Positions 51,323 through 63,352 of a stretch of DNA of 64,000 bases are shown here, one piece after another (the first letter of the stretch is position 1; each line of letters opens with the position of its first letter). Location of the stretch: assembly GCA_047495785.1 (NCBI GenBank), contig JBLDXI010000002.1, forward strand, positions 310,001 through 374,000. The letters are read 5' to 3'. The notes under the pieces were generated by a model, which was not told the origin of the DNA, did not search any database, and worked only from the letters and a program-made list of their open reading frames with translations. Source of the stretch: Lepidodermella squamata. Its lineage: Eukaryota > Animalia > Gastrotricha. Made by a program: the position numbers and the translations under genes.

Positions 51323-53609
51323 ATGTCTGACAAAAATCGAGTAGATCTGGAAACGCTGTGCCCCGGTGGTGAGGCGATCGCTCGGTTGAATTCAATTCTA
51401 GACACGCCGCGAATCCTGCTCGCAACTTATCACCAAAAGCCGCACTATCACAGCGACATACGGCGATACAGCAGCTACGACTCATCGCCCGCCTCGTCCG
51501 CCTCATCCTCAACGTCATCGCCGAGCGAAGATTTCACGTACCCAGGATCTGGCTACTCGAGCGTCGCCTCGACCCCAACCGCCATCCTACCGGCAATTTT
51601 CAGTGTCGAAATCAATTTGAAGGCCCTAGCTGCTAATATACGAGACGCGTTGAGGCGAAACTGCGGCATTGGCATCACTGAAATTCGCCTCGGCGGGGGC
51701 TGCGCGAGTTACGTTGTCGGGAACGCGGCTGAATTTTTCAGTGACATCGATTTCGTGTTCAAAATCGACGACCAACTCGGCGAGAATCAACTGCATTCAA
51801 TTCGATCGGTTGTTATCGAAGTTTTCAACTCGATGATCGGCGTTCCAACGCAGACGAATTTCGTATCGAAAACCGTGAAATTGTGGAATGACCGCGATCG
51901 CTGGACGCTGATTTCACTCGGCGCCAGTCCGTTGAATGTTGATCTAATTTTCGTTGCGAAAATGGCTCGGAGTTACCAATTCTCCGTCGACTCGCTGCAA
52001 ATCAATATCGATCCGTTATTAAATCACAGCCCATCATCGCCGATCTATGTTGAAAGCGCCTTTGGCAATGCGGCTGATGCTGTTCAGCACGTGCGGTCGA
52101 AAATTGTCGCCACGCAATCGCCTGAGACAATTCGAGGCGGCGGCTTGTTGCGCTACTGCGATCTGGTTGTCAGGGGCTTCAAAACCGCGAATGGCCTCGA
52201 GTCGGATCCTAAACTGGAGAAAATTATGTGTACTAGGTAATTATTATTATTGTCAACGACACCTCCTAATTTGCGGCGCGTCTACCATAGCTAGAGTAAT
52301 TTTTTCATGCGCGCGGCTAATTATGCCAGTTGGACGATGTAGAAAATGATGCGCCTGTCATTAGTTTTTATTTTTGGACGCAATCTCGGCGCCCAGTTGT
52401 TTACGCCAAAGTCGTTTACTTGTCATGATATAATCAATTTTTTTCAAGTTCAAATTTTTGGTTTAAATTATTAAATGTTGTTCAGCAATTTCAATTTAAA
52501 TAATTTTATGAATTAATGATTAATTAATAATTGCGAATTTTCAAAGAAATCTCAGACTGCACGCGATGATGTCAAAGAGCAACTTTCGAATAATTTGTCG
52601 GTTTTTATATCAGAATAAAATTCAGAAAATTTCCTATCGATTGAATATGGTGACCTAGAGCGAAATAATCATCGAGAAAAAGTTTTAGGCGCAAAATAAA
52701 TGTTACGCGCGCGAAAATTTCCCGCACTCACAACTTGGTGTGCGCCCAAAACTTTTTTCCATTTATTATTTCGCTCTAGGTCACCACATTCAATCGATAA
52801 GAAATTTTCTGAATTTCATTCTGATATAAAAACCGACAAATTATTCGAAAGTAGCTCTTTGACTTCATCGCGCGCGGCGCGAAAATTCTTCAAAATTTGG
52901 ACTGCGCGCAAACATTGCAATTTTCTGCCAATGAGCGGCAATTATTTTAAATGGCGCGCGCTCTTGACCTACGTAGCTTTTTTCTCGTCTTCACTCCGGA
53001 AAATTAATGCAATCATTCAATAGAGATTCGTCTAGTGATGGATTATCGATAAAAATTTCCAATTTAAAATCGCTGATATTTTTACTGAATTGGTCTACAT
53101 TTGTTTTAATTCGGAATTTGATGAGAAACTTACCCAGATTATTCACCAGCTAAAATTCCGAAAAATTAAATAATTGAATAAAAAATTAAAAATCAAGTGC
53201 GGGAGAGAATCTTTTTTACTAAAGCTTAGACTGACGTTTTCTATGATTTTTCACAATTTCTTCACACTTTCAGCCTATAAAATTGATTTTCCGTCATTCT
53301 TGCATCTGAAATCTGAAATGTCTCTAAAGATATCGTTTTTTCTACCGCAGATTTTTCATCGACTACCCAAGCGTGGCCGAGCAATCGAAGGAAATCGAGC
53401 GTTACCTGCGCAATCACTACCAGGCAGCGGACGCGCGTAAATGCGCGCTTCTGCGCCGCCTCGTCGCCATCATCCAACGCTCGTCGGTCTGCATCATGAA
53501 CCAGGAACGCCGGCTCATCCTCGGCGCCATCGCGTCCTTCATCAGCCGCGAATCCGCCGTTCTACTTCTAGCGCAACAGCACAGTAGCAGTACCGTCGTC
53601 TTTGCTTGA
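51323..53609 (+). CDS. TENT5: Terminal nucleotidyltransferase 5 (FAM46 family non-canonical poly(A) polymerase)
   Basis: Exons 51323-52236 and 53351-53609. RLGGGCASYV (hG[GS]), FSDIDFVF (DxD), DRWTLISL, NVDLIFV..M.RSYQFSVDSLQI, IRGGGLLRYC, MCTR|FFIDYP...YLRNHY, SSVCIMNQERR are all FAM46 hallmarks. Confidence 0.93.
52535..52898. mobile_element. Palindromic MITE in the TENT5 intron (~130-bp inverted arms)
   Basis: gtcaaagagcaactttcgaataatttgtcggtttttatatcagaa...ggtgacctagagcgaaataat vs its reverse complement at 52765-52865. Confidence 0.85.
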
Positions 53610-54547
53610 TTTTATTTTAATATAATATATACGAATAATCATAAAAATAATTAATGTTTTATCATGCTATTTTTTCGACATTCATGGGCTATTTCGCTTT
53701 CGAGTTTTTTAATCAACGCGACGATAACTGGCGAATTGAAATGATTTTAGTCTAAAATCAGTTCAATTCGCGTTGATTACAATTTTAATTATATTTTTGT
53801 CGATTTTACTGTGTTCGCATCACGCATGCAAAAAATACTGCCAATTTTTTGATGAAATTGAAAAATTAGACTGCTGCCAAGTAATCGTTGTGTGTTATAA
53901 TAACCCCGCCGCTAATACGTACGTACGACTCAACGGTTTATCCTCACCTTTTTGATGAATAAAAAAAGTGGACAGTTGTTTTTCGTGTTCTTGTATCTAC
54001 ATAACAATTGTGCGGTGCTTGTTTTTAATTATACCTACACCATTGGCTTGTTAAGGAGGGTTTTCATATTTTAATTTAAAAATCTTGAATGATGAAGATA
54101 AATGAAAAGAACTGCAATCACTATATGAATTCCATAATTATTTTGATCGAAAATATTCTGAACATTTTTTTGTTATACCTCTTATTTTGATATTATTTGA
54201 TTTTCATGGGGCATGGGATGCCTATTAATTTTTTTCTATTCAATTTTTTAATATCTAATAATTACTTTTTTTTAATATAATTTTATTAGTATTAAAGGCT
54301 GGTTAAGGATTCTATGAGAAATAAATTTGGCAAGTGCATTGAATGTCTCCAAGAAAAATATCCATCGATGGTTTTCCTAAAAGGAAGGCAAAATTGTCGA
54401 AGCAAAATGACTTTTTGACGGATTCGAAATGTCCATATTGGGTCTGCATAAATTCCCATCTTGGGGTTGGCGTTTCACGGTTTCATGTTTTTTGCAAGTT
54501 AGGTCAACATAAACAATTGAACGTGAGTTACTGGCGAATATCTTGTA

Positions 54548-54712
54548 CGGCGACAAAACAGCAACTTCGCGAAACAGCGAATGCGACAGAAGAGCAAATT
54601 TTTTATTTCGCGGCCAAACAGCGAAAACTTACTATGCAAATGATCGCAAGTTATGTCGCAAGTTGAACAATTTGCTGTTTTGTCGCGTTTGCTGTTTTGG
54701 GTTATTTGCGCA
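54548..54712. repeat. Short inverted/tandem AAACAGC(G/A)AA motif array, likely transposon-derived
   Basis: gcgacaaaacagcaa, gcgaaacagcgaa, aaacagcgaaa vs tttgctgttttgtcgcgtttgctgtttt. Confidence 0.45.
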
Positions 54713-55222
54713 ACCTCAAAAGGGCACCCAGGATTATACGTGTATCGCACTGCGAAGCACAACCGTGGTTGTAGATTGCCTACAGGCCACGCAATGTAAC
54801 CTGCGAGTGCGGAGTTGACGGGGCCCTCGGCTTATTGAAGCACAACAACAAAATTATCATGAAAGGCGGGTTCAGCCGAATATACTTGATATCAAGTAGC
54901 TTTATTTATTCATGATCGAGCTTCACTCTTCTGCTCATTCAGCCTCCGAAGCCTTTCTCTTCTATACCCTCTCGTACAATGGAATGTGATGGATCTCGCC
55001 TCTGGTGCTGCAATCGTGCCAGATATGGCAGCGTGTCAGATCTTCCGCATATTTAAACCGCATAAAGGCTCTGTACCTCGCGTCCGTTGTGCACCATTGT
55101 GCAGCGCAGAGGTCTTCCGATTTTAGTTCTTAGTTCATCGGTATGTTTATCATTCAGAGCATTAGCGCAATGATTCTCCGCAGGCATCAGTTTGGGGAAC
55201 ACTTCTTTAATCCGGCTAATGT

Positions 55223-55525
55223 CTTTTTTATCCGACCAGTGTCTTATTTCATCCGACAACCAAAAATGTGACTAAAACCAGCCGGCTTGCTTTTTCATAT
55301 TTTCAAAAAATTGCAGTAAAAAAGTGGATACTCTGATTGCGATGAATCTTTCCCCATAAAATTCTGCCGGTTCAGGGGCCAAAATAGGGTGCATGAAAGG
55401 GGTATGCCCCTACGGAAAAATCGAACAACTTGGAAAAATCGAGAAAATCGATATTTTCCTGTCGGATGATTTTAGTCACATTTTTGGTTGTCGGATGAAA
55501 TAAGACATTGGTCGGATGAAAGAAG
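55223..55525. mobile_element. MITE with ~60-bp TIRs
   Basis: tccgaccagtgtcttatttcatccgacaaccaaaaatgtgactaaaa vs ttttagtcacatttttggttgtcggatgaaataagacattggtcgga. Confidence 0.8.
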
Positions 55526-55604
55526 TCACACCCTCAGTTTGAAGCCAGGGTAACCTTCTGCGGCTGAAATACAAAGTGACATGTATAACTTGTTGGTAGA
55601 TCAT

Positions 55605-56220
55605 TCGTCCGTCTCCGAGGAGGTTCGGCGTAGAGTACCACCCGGAAAGTAGGTCCGGACTGGTGGTAACTCAGCGGTATGCCGAATGTTGCGAAGCTGT
55701 TGTGGATTTTAGGAATGTGGCTGGAAGTGGATTCCAAACCATGGCTGGTATAGCGCTGAAATCTCCGGTTTGGCCTGCAAATGTACGCAACATTAAGTTG
55801 AACTTTTGAAGCTCACTTAAGCCTATATTGGCAAACATTCATGTTAGGGGTTAGGGTGACAACGATCTCCTTAGTGGGAAATCAAAGACTTACTGAAAAC
55901 GGAAAGAGGATATAAAAGTAATTTCTCGCTGGCCTGGTCAACTGTCACCAAGCGGAGCAAAAGTGTCATCACGGTCAATTTTGCGCAGCGTATCTTTAGC
56001 CCGCACTGAGTGCATTTCTCAGTAGTTCTCGTCAAGCTGACGAATGTTTTCTTTTAGAGCGGCTTCCTAACTATCACAGTTCTTTTAAGGTGTGACAAGA
56101 GGTAAAATGTCACATGACCAACTTGACACTTGACACGTGAACATCTCCGTATAACCGTACATGGTAAAATTAAGAGGTTTACACTGTTTTAATCCCAGAT
56201 TATTCTTCTACCCAAACAAC
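55605..56220 (-). pseudogene. Inverted partial duplicate of G3 intron 1 (3' part) and the start of exon 2 (~59740-60368)
   Basis: Translates ESTSSHIPKIHNSFATFGIPLSYHQSGPTFRVVLYAEPPRRRT vs G3 ESTSSHIPKIHNGFATFGIPPSYDQSGPTFQVVPYAEPPRRRT. The acceptor site and upstream intronic repeat are also copied. Confidence 0.88.
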
Positions 56221-58790
56221 GTATGCAAAAACCCGGCAATCCCGGCAGGCCTTGATTCTAAAATTAATCCTCGTCTTCCTCAATAAGTTGTGTGCATTTT
56301 GCTCAGTTATAGCATTTCATATCCCTTATCTAAAATTTAAACAACAAACCGTAAAAAGTCACCGTAGGCGCTTAAATTAGGTGGCAAGTTTCACAAGTAT
56401 ACAGCGTGTCCCACAAGCTGCGCTACCATTTTGTAATTTTGAAAATATACAAAAAGCTTGAACTATTTTTTGAAATTAAGCTCATCTTCCATCCTTCATC
56501 CACGATTTTGATGAAGAAATTTACAATTTGCCTTATAGAATGATCTGCAAACCCGATTATAACTGGCTCGGTAATTTTCGGTACTTTCTCCTACCAGATT
56601 TCTCCTTTTTTTAAAAAAGTGACATAATTGATTACTATTGTAGTGATTTACTTTAATTTTTTTTTTTAATTTCTGGCCCTGGAAAGTGGCTTCGCCTCTC
56701 ATTTTAGAGTTTCCGAACCTTTTTACGAGCGCCATTGCTTGCGTTACTTTTGGGACACGCTCTACTGAAGCCGATATAGATTCCAAATGCCGATGGAATT
56801 TTCACGATCAAAATCTTTGGTAGCCTACAGTACAAAAGTTTATAACTATAGCTGTTACCAGTTACCAGATTCTGCCAGTATTTTTCACAATTTTCTTACT
56901 TATAAAAATTCGAAAATCGTTCCAGAATCAAACAGATAGAAACCTTTTTATTCTTGTCTGAAATAAATAAATATAATAAATAAACTAGCAATGAATAAAT
57001 AAATATTGAGCGAAAGGTTCGGCGTCGAATCCTGAAACAAAACAGTAAATTCAAAATTCTGAAAATTAATTATTGATTATTAATAATGATAAACAAATGT
57101 TTACCGAATTTGACCTTCAAGCATCGATATAGATGGTAGCCTAGTTAAGGACAAATGGTTTCTCATTTGCGCTTAAAATGCGAAAGTTGTTCCGAAAGAC
57201 CGGCTCGGTAATAAAAAATGTTCTGCCTCAAGTTGTAATTACGAGAGAAAAACGCGCAAATGCGCGCTCGTCGGCCATTTTTATGTCCCGAATTGATACG
57301 TTTCTTAAAATAACAAATTATAGCCGTTGTAATTATTACGATGTGCGAAACACGAGGCGGCGCGCGGGTACCACAAAACAGCGCATCTTATCTTCTTGTT
57401 GTACAAAAAAAAGTAAGTGCATTATAATTTCTTAATTTTTTGCGCGCCGCCAGAGTAAACAATGCGAAATACCTGTGCGCATGCATGCGAGTTGTTGTCA
57501 TTTTTCATTTTTCTTATCTTAATTATTCCGCAACCTTAGCAGCATCCCGCAAAAAACCCACTAATAATATTTTCAAGTCATATACGAAGATAATAACTGT
57601 TCGTGATTAGTATTATTTTTTTTTGCAGCAAGCTTAACACTTAGCGCGGTCAAAAGGCAGTGTGTAACAAAAGGTTATATACTACTGCTACTACGATTCA
57701 TCCTTTGTTAGCTTAAAAAAACACACACACACAGCAGAGCGCGCAAGCACTTTTAATCACGGCGATGGTGGTCGCGCGGCGCTACAAAGTATGCCGGCAA
57801 ATCACCCACCGGTAATTTCGCACTAATAGCCCTAGAGTTGCCGCCGTATACGCGCCGTTAAGTCGAGTCACGCGTCGAAGTCACCCACACACCTTTAAAA
57901 AATTATCAACTACCTTAAAATTTACTTATTATTATTATTATTAAAAGGGAAAATAATATTAGTAATAATGTCAATTTTTTATATAATATTTTGCTAAAAT
58001 AGACAAAAAACAGCGCCTTTTTAACACGGGTGATTGAGTTAATTTGGCCGCTTAATTACCTTCGCTTTTTTTATGATCACCCCGTGATGCGTGTTCTGCC
58101 ACTCAATTATCTCATCAAGATCTTTCTTGTTTAATTACACACGTTTTTCTTATCACAATATTCTTAAATTTTAGAAAATTCATTTTTTGAGGGCTCGAGA
58201 ATTAGGTTTTAACTCGTCGCAGTTTTCACTCGAGCTCACACTGTTTTAATTGAACAAATATTTCCTAAGAGAATTTAACCAGGGTGAATAAACAATTGAA
58301 TCTTTTGAAAATTCCTTCTTATTTCTAGTAAGATTTATTGTTCTAGAATATTGTCCTCGTTCATTCATTTGTACCAAAATTTTCACGCCTAAAAGTCTCG
58401 CAATTTCTAGTTCAAAATGTTTCATTTGCCTACAATTTCAATTTAAACCCAGTCACCTTGGCGGAACAGCATTCGCACATTTTCCTAGTCTTCAATCTTA
58501 TATATTTATATTTTAAATTTTTTTCATTTTTCGTCTCGCTCTCGGACATGGAATGTCCTCATTTTCTTCGATATCAAAATTTCTAATTAAACTATAAAAT
58601 TATATCGTCTCGCGCACTCATTGCATTACAGCGTTTGTTCTATTTCAAACCGGCATTTGATAATTTCGAGGCTAAATAGAATTGACAAAATTGAAAAATA
58701 CAATTTATTTCAAATGATTCAATTTTCAATTAATTTTTTTCAATTTTGTAGTGAATATTAATCGGCATTACGGCATCCTGATTAGTTGCC

Positions 58791-61700
58791 ATGTTACCAG
58801 CCTGTTTATTAAGGCTGGCGATTTTTTTAGCATCATCGGCTGATCTCACGTGGTCAGCATTCATCTACAACGAATCAGATCCATTCGTATCGCTGCCATT
58901 CACATTCTCCGTAATCCGGCCTCAAAAAGTGAATATCGAATACGGAGCGCCTGAAGCGCCCTCGAGGCGGCGAGTTCGGCGGCCTTCCCAGGCGACAAAA
59001 AACTGGCCCATCACCCCGTCGACTACGACATCAACCACTACAACGAGCCCGCCTAAGGAACTGAATGATTTTCTGCCTTTTTCGAACGAACTACCTGATG
59101 GGGATGATATGCGAATGCTTCCCCCGAGATGGGAAGACCTTGGAGTCGCGCCACCGCCGAGTGCGGCGAGTTCAGCGGGTGATTTTACGTCGATACCTGG
59201 CGATTCTTTTAACCGGCCCAATGTCAAGTCAATGCCGGCTTATCCATCGTCGCCTTTCAGGCCGGCGTACAACAACCCTGCGATTCCGCCCCTCATGCAG
59301 CAACCGGCTGATAAGGGTGAACCCATGGCCAGCCCGCTTGGATCTAGTAAAAACAATGCCAGCGACATTTTAGGTAATTAAAGCTGAGTTAATCAGCTTT
59401 CAGCAATCAGCTATAGCAATCTCTGAGAATTTCAATTTTCCTCCTTCATCTTCCCTAATATCGAAGCTTCCGGACTTACCTAAATGAAAAAATTTGGAAG
59501 GATCCAGTTACCGAATAACCGAACCATTCGGGATCTTCGGTTTTTCGGGTTTTTGTTAAAATTTTAGAGATTTAGAGAAAGGAAGCGAAATGCTATAACT
59601 GGCAAAATACGCACAACCCTATATATTAAGGAAGATTAGGATTAGGTTCAGGATTAAGGCGTGCTAGGTCGCAGTAACCAATGGAAACGCTGAATTTTTT
59701 TGAAATTTTTTTATTTCATTTTTACCTTTTTTACATCTGTTGTTTGGGTAGAAGACTAATCTGGGATTAAAACAGTGAAAACCTCTTATTTTTACTATGT
59801 ACGGTTACGGAGATATTCACGCGTCAAGTTGGTCATGTGACATTACGATACCTGTTGTCACACTTGAAGGAATTACCTTAAGAACCGTGATAGCTAGGAA
59901 GCCGCTATAAAAGAAAACATTCATCAACGCGGAGAGAACAACTGAGAAATGCACTCAGTGCGGGCTAAAGATACCCTGCGCAAAATTGACCGTGATGACA
60001 CTTTTGTTCTGCCTGGTGACAGGTCATCACCAGGCCAACGAGAATTTTTTTTCATCTCCACTTTCCGTTTTTAGTAAGTTTTTCGATTTCCCAGCAAGCG
60101 TTGTCCCCCTAACAGGAATGTTTGCTAAAGTAGCCAAATGAGCTTCAAAGGTTCAACTTTGTCAATTAATGTTGCGTCTATTTTCAGGCCAAACCGGAGA
60201 TTTCAGCGCGATACCAGCCATGGCCGGCCATGGTTCGGAATCTACTTCCAGCCACATTCCCAAAATCCACAACGGCTTCGCAACATTCGGCATACCGCCT
60301 AGTTACGACCAGTCCGGACCTACCTTCCAGGTGGTTCCCTATGCCGAACCTCCTCGGAGGCGGACGAAACCAATGCTGAGTGACAATGTTCAAAATGGCC
60401 CTGTATCTGAACCGAGTGGCAATAGCCAACAAGCGGACCCGGAGAGTCAGCTGAACCAACTACTGAGGCTACAACAAATGCAGGTGCAACAACAGTTTAG
60501 GCCAGATGCGAATGGGAATATGGTCCCGGTTGGGCCCTCTTCGCAGCAGCAAAGGTTCCAACAGCCGACCAACTTCGCCGTGCAAAATTATCCGCAACAA
60601 TATCAGCAGTACCCGCAGCCTCCTCCTCAGCAGCTGCAACAACAACAGCCAATCCAGCAACAACCGCAGGAGTATCAAGGTCCGGCTCCAACTTTCGGGG
60701 CGATAAGTCGCTACAACCCGGCTATTGCCCCGGTTGATACCGATCTACTTTTCAACCCGGACAGTTTCGACCAACAACAGGAGAGGTTTAGGACAGGGCA
60801 ACAGGCCCCGCCGCAAGCTATGATGCCGCCGCCGCAGCAGCAACAACAGGCGCCGAGAAATCCGGCTGGGTGGCAGCAACCGCCTCAGATTAACCAGCCG
60901 CCACAGAATCCTCTCCAACAGCCGACGTACCAGCCTAGGCCGAATCAGCCGCCGGTGAGCGCGAATCTCAATCAGCAGACGCAACAGCAACAGGGCCAGC
61001 CGCCTTTTGTGCAGCAAGTTCCGACCTTCCCGCAAATGCAGCAGCAGCAGCAACAGCAGCCGAGTCAGCCCGTTAATAACCAGTTACCGCAGGGTGGTAA
61101 TCAAATGCCGAATAACCAGATGCTGAACCAAATGCAGAATCAAATGCCGAATAACCAAATGGTGAATCAAATGCCGAATCAAATGCCAAATAATCAGATG
61201 ATGAACCAAATGCCGAACAACCAAATGCCGAATAACCAGATGCCGTTCAATGTTACGCGGGGTGGCTTGGCGTTTATTCCCAATGATGCAAGTATGCCTT
61301 CTCAACCTTCGATGAACCAAGGTGAGCTTGAAATCGGCTGGTAACAATATTATAATCTTGCGGTACTCAGTAAATAGTCTGTGGTTAGCTTAGGGCTTGG
61401 ATAAGCAAATAATAGTGTTAGGAGGCAGTTGGAACTACCGAAATATCACTCTGATTCAGGCATATTATCGTTTTCTGGTCGTTAAATAGAGCGGAGCCTT
61501 CATTGTATACCTTCTGATCCTCTTCCTTTGCATTTTACTTTGTTTCCCTACTTATAGAACTCATTCTAGAAATTAAATTTTCATTGTTATACGAGAAATG
61601 GAATTAGGCATTTGAGCCCAGCGAAATTGGCAAGAATTGTGGAAGAGAATAGGGACCCTAGGAAATGAAGCTCCATCGTTTCGCAAGTCTTACATTTTTT

Positions 61701-63352
61701 CTATATTTGATCTAGGGAATCTAGCGCCTCAGCAGGCTTTGCTACAACAGCAGGCTTTGATGCAACAACAGGCTTTGCTCCAGCAACAACAACAGCAGCA
61801 GCCACAGCAGCAACCATCGCAAGCCGCCCAACTTCTCCAACAGCAATTTCAACAGCAGTTACTCCAGCAACAGCAACTGCAACAACAGCAGCAGCGGCAA
61901 CAGCAACCGCAATTCCAACCTCAGCCGCCTCAAATCAATAGTCAGCCATCAGCATTAGCGACCCAACAGAGCAGGCCTCAATTCCCGCAAACCGTGCCTC
62001 AATTTCAACAACAACAGCTACAGCAGCAGCCTCAATTAACCGCCAACAACCCAGCAGCTCTAACTTCCCTAGATACAGCCTGGGTCAATGTGAATCAACA
62101 GGCCAATCTACGTCAGCAACAACAACAGCAGCAGCAACAGACCCAGCAGCCGTTAAATTTCAACGACCCAGCTCGATATTGGCAACAAGTCGCTCAGCAA
62201 GGCCGGTCACCTCCGACATTCTCCGGAACCATACCCAGCTCGAGCGGGTTCAATCTGATACCCAATAGTAACTTGGTCCAAGCTGCTCCACCTGTTCAGG
62301 ACCAGACTCAAGCTTTATCACTGCGTCAGGTTATTCCTCAGGCTGATATGAGCAACCAGCAGGTTAACACTTACCCGCAAGTTCCTCCGCAAAGGAATTA
62401 CGCCTCTCCTATCAGCATTGAATACGCGCCCCAGCAAACGTGGCAAAACCAGCCGCAACAAAGGCCTGTTCAACAGCTGACTTATGTCGAGCCACAACAG
62501 AGTCTAGATTCTTACACGAATTCATTCCCCTCGTTACCGATGGCGAGACCAGCAGGTACGTTCGCAGGTGGAAGCAAGAAAGTATCGCACGGCAGTGGCG
62601 GTATCAGGCCGAGCTTTTTCAGCAACGACCTGCACTACGCTGGATCAACATTGGGGCTCAAGCGGTTGCGTGGTGGTTTAGCGAGATGCGGCGATGAAAT
62701 CCCTATTGCGTACAATCCTAGGAATAAATTTTGCTGCGACGGCATGCTGTATGACTTGGCACCCGGTCAGGTAAGGTTCCTTTCCTTTCCTTTCCTTTCC
62801 TTTCCTTTCCTTTCCTTTCCTTTCCTTTCCTTTCCTTTCCTTTCCTTTCCTTTCCTTTCCTTTCCTTTCCTTTCCTTTCCTTTCCTTTCCTTTCCTTTCC
62901 TTTCCTTTCCTTTCCTTTCCTTTCCTTTCCTTTCCTTTCCTTTCCTTTCCTTTCCTTTCCTTTCCTTTCCTTTCCTTTCCTTTCCTTTCCTTTCCTTTCC
63001 TTTCCTTTCCTTTCCTTTCCTTTCCTTTCCTACTTCACCTTGACTCCCCTTCTCTTCCCCCAACGCATTTTTCGTATCTCCTTACTTAGCTAAGCCTCTT
63101 ATTTTTGTTTCCTATATCCAGTTCTTCTCCATTAGTACTTATAACTAAAGGCTCATCTTCTCCTTTACAGTTGTGCTGTGACGGAAATTACGCCTACTCT
63201 CCTCGAGGCACCACTGAATGTTGCGGAAGTGTTCCTTACAACAAGAGTTCACATGTGAGTTTCATTTTCATTGATGGCTGATTAATTAACATAATTGTAA
63301 CTTGCTGATTTCCTAGAAATGCACCGGTTCCGGCGTAGTCGTTACTTTGTAA
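58791..63352 (+). CDS. Secreted galaxin-like protein G3 with extremely Gln/Pro-rich and NQMPNN-repeat regions
   Basis: Exons 58791-59373, 60188-61321, 61716-62770, 63171-63254, 63317-63352 with consistent phases. Signal peptide MLPACLLRLAIFLASSADLTWS; C-terminal CG...YNPRNKFCCDGMLYDLAPGQ|LCCDGNYAYSP...ECCGSVPY...H|KC, with the same intron positions as G1/G2. Confidence 0.85.
62777..63031 (+). repeat. Perfect (TTTCC)50 pentanucleotide microsatellite in G3 intron 3
   Basis: Uninterrupted tttcc from 62781 to 63030, beginning 6 nt after the GTAAGG donor. Confidence 0.98.

Noticed and set aside
62767-63063. ORFs encoding (FLSFP)n and (GKERK)n
   Set aside because: Translations of the TTTCC microsatellite inside a GT-AG intron whose position is conserved in G1 and G2.
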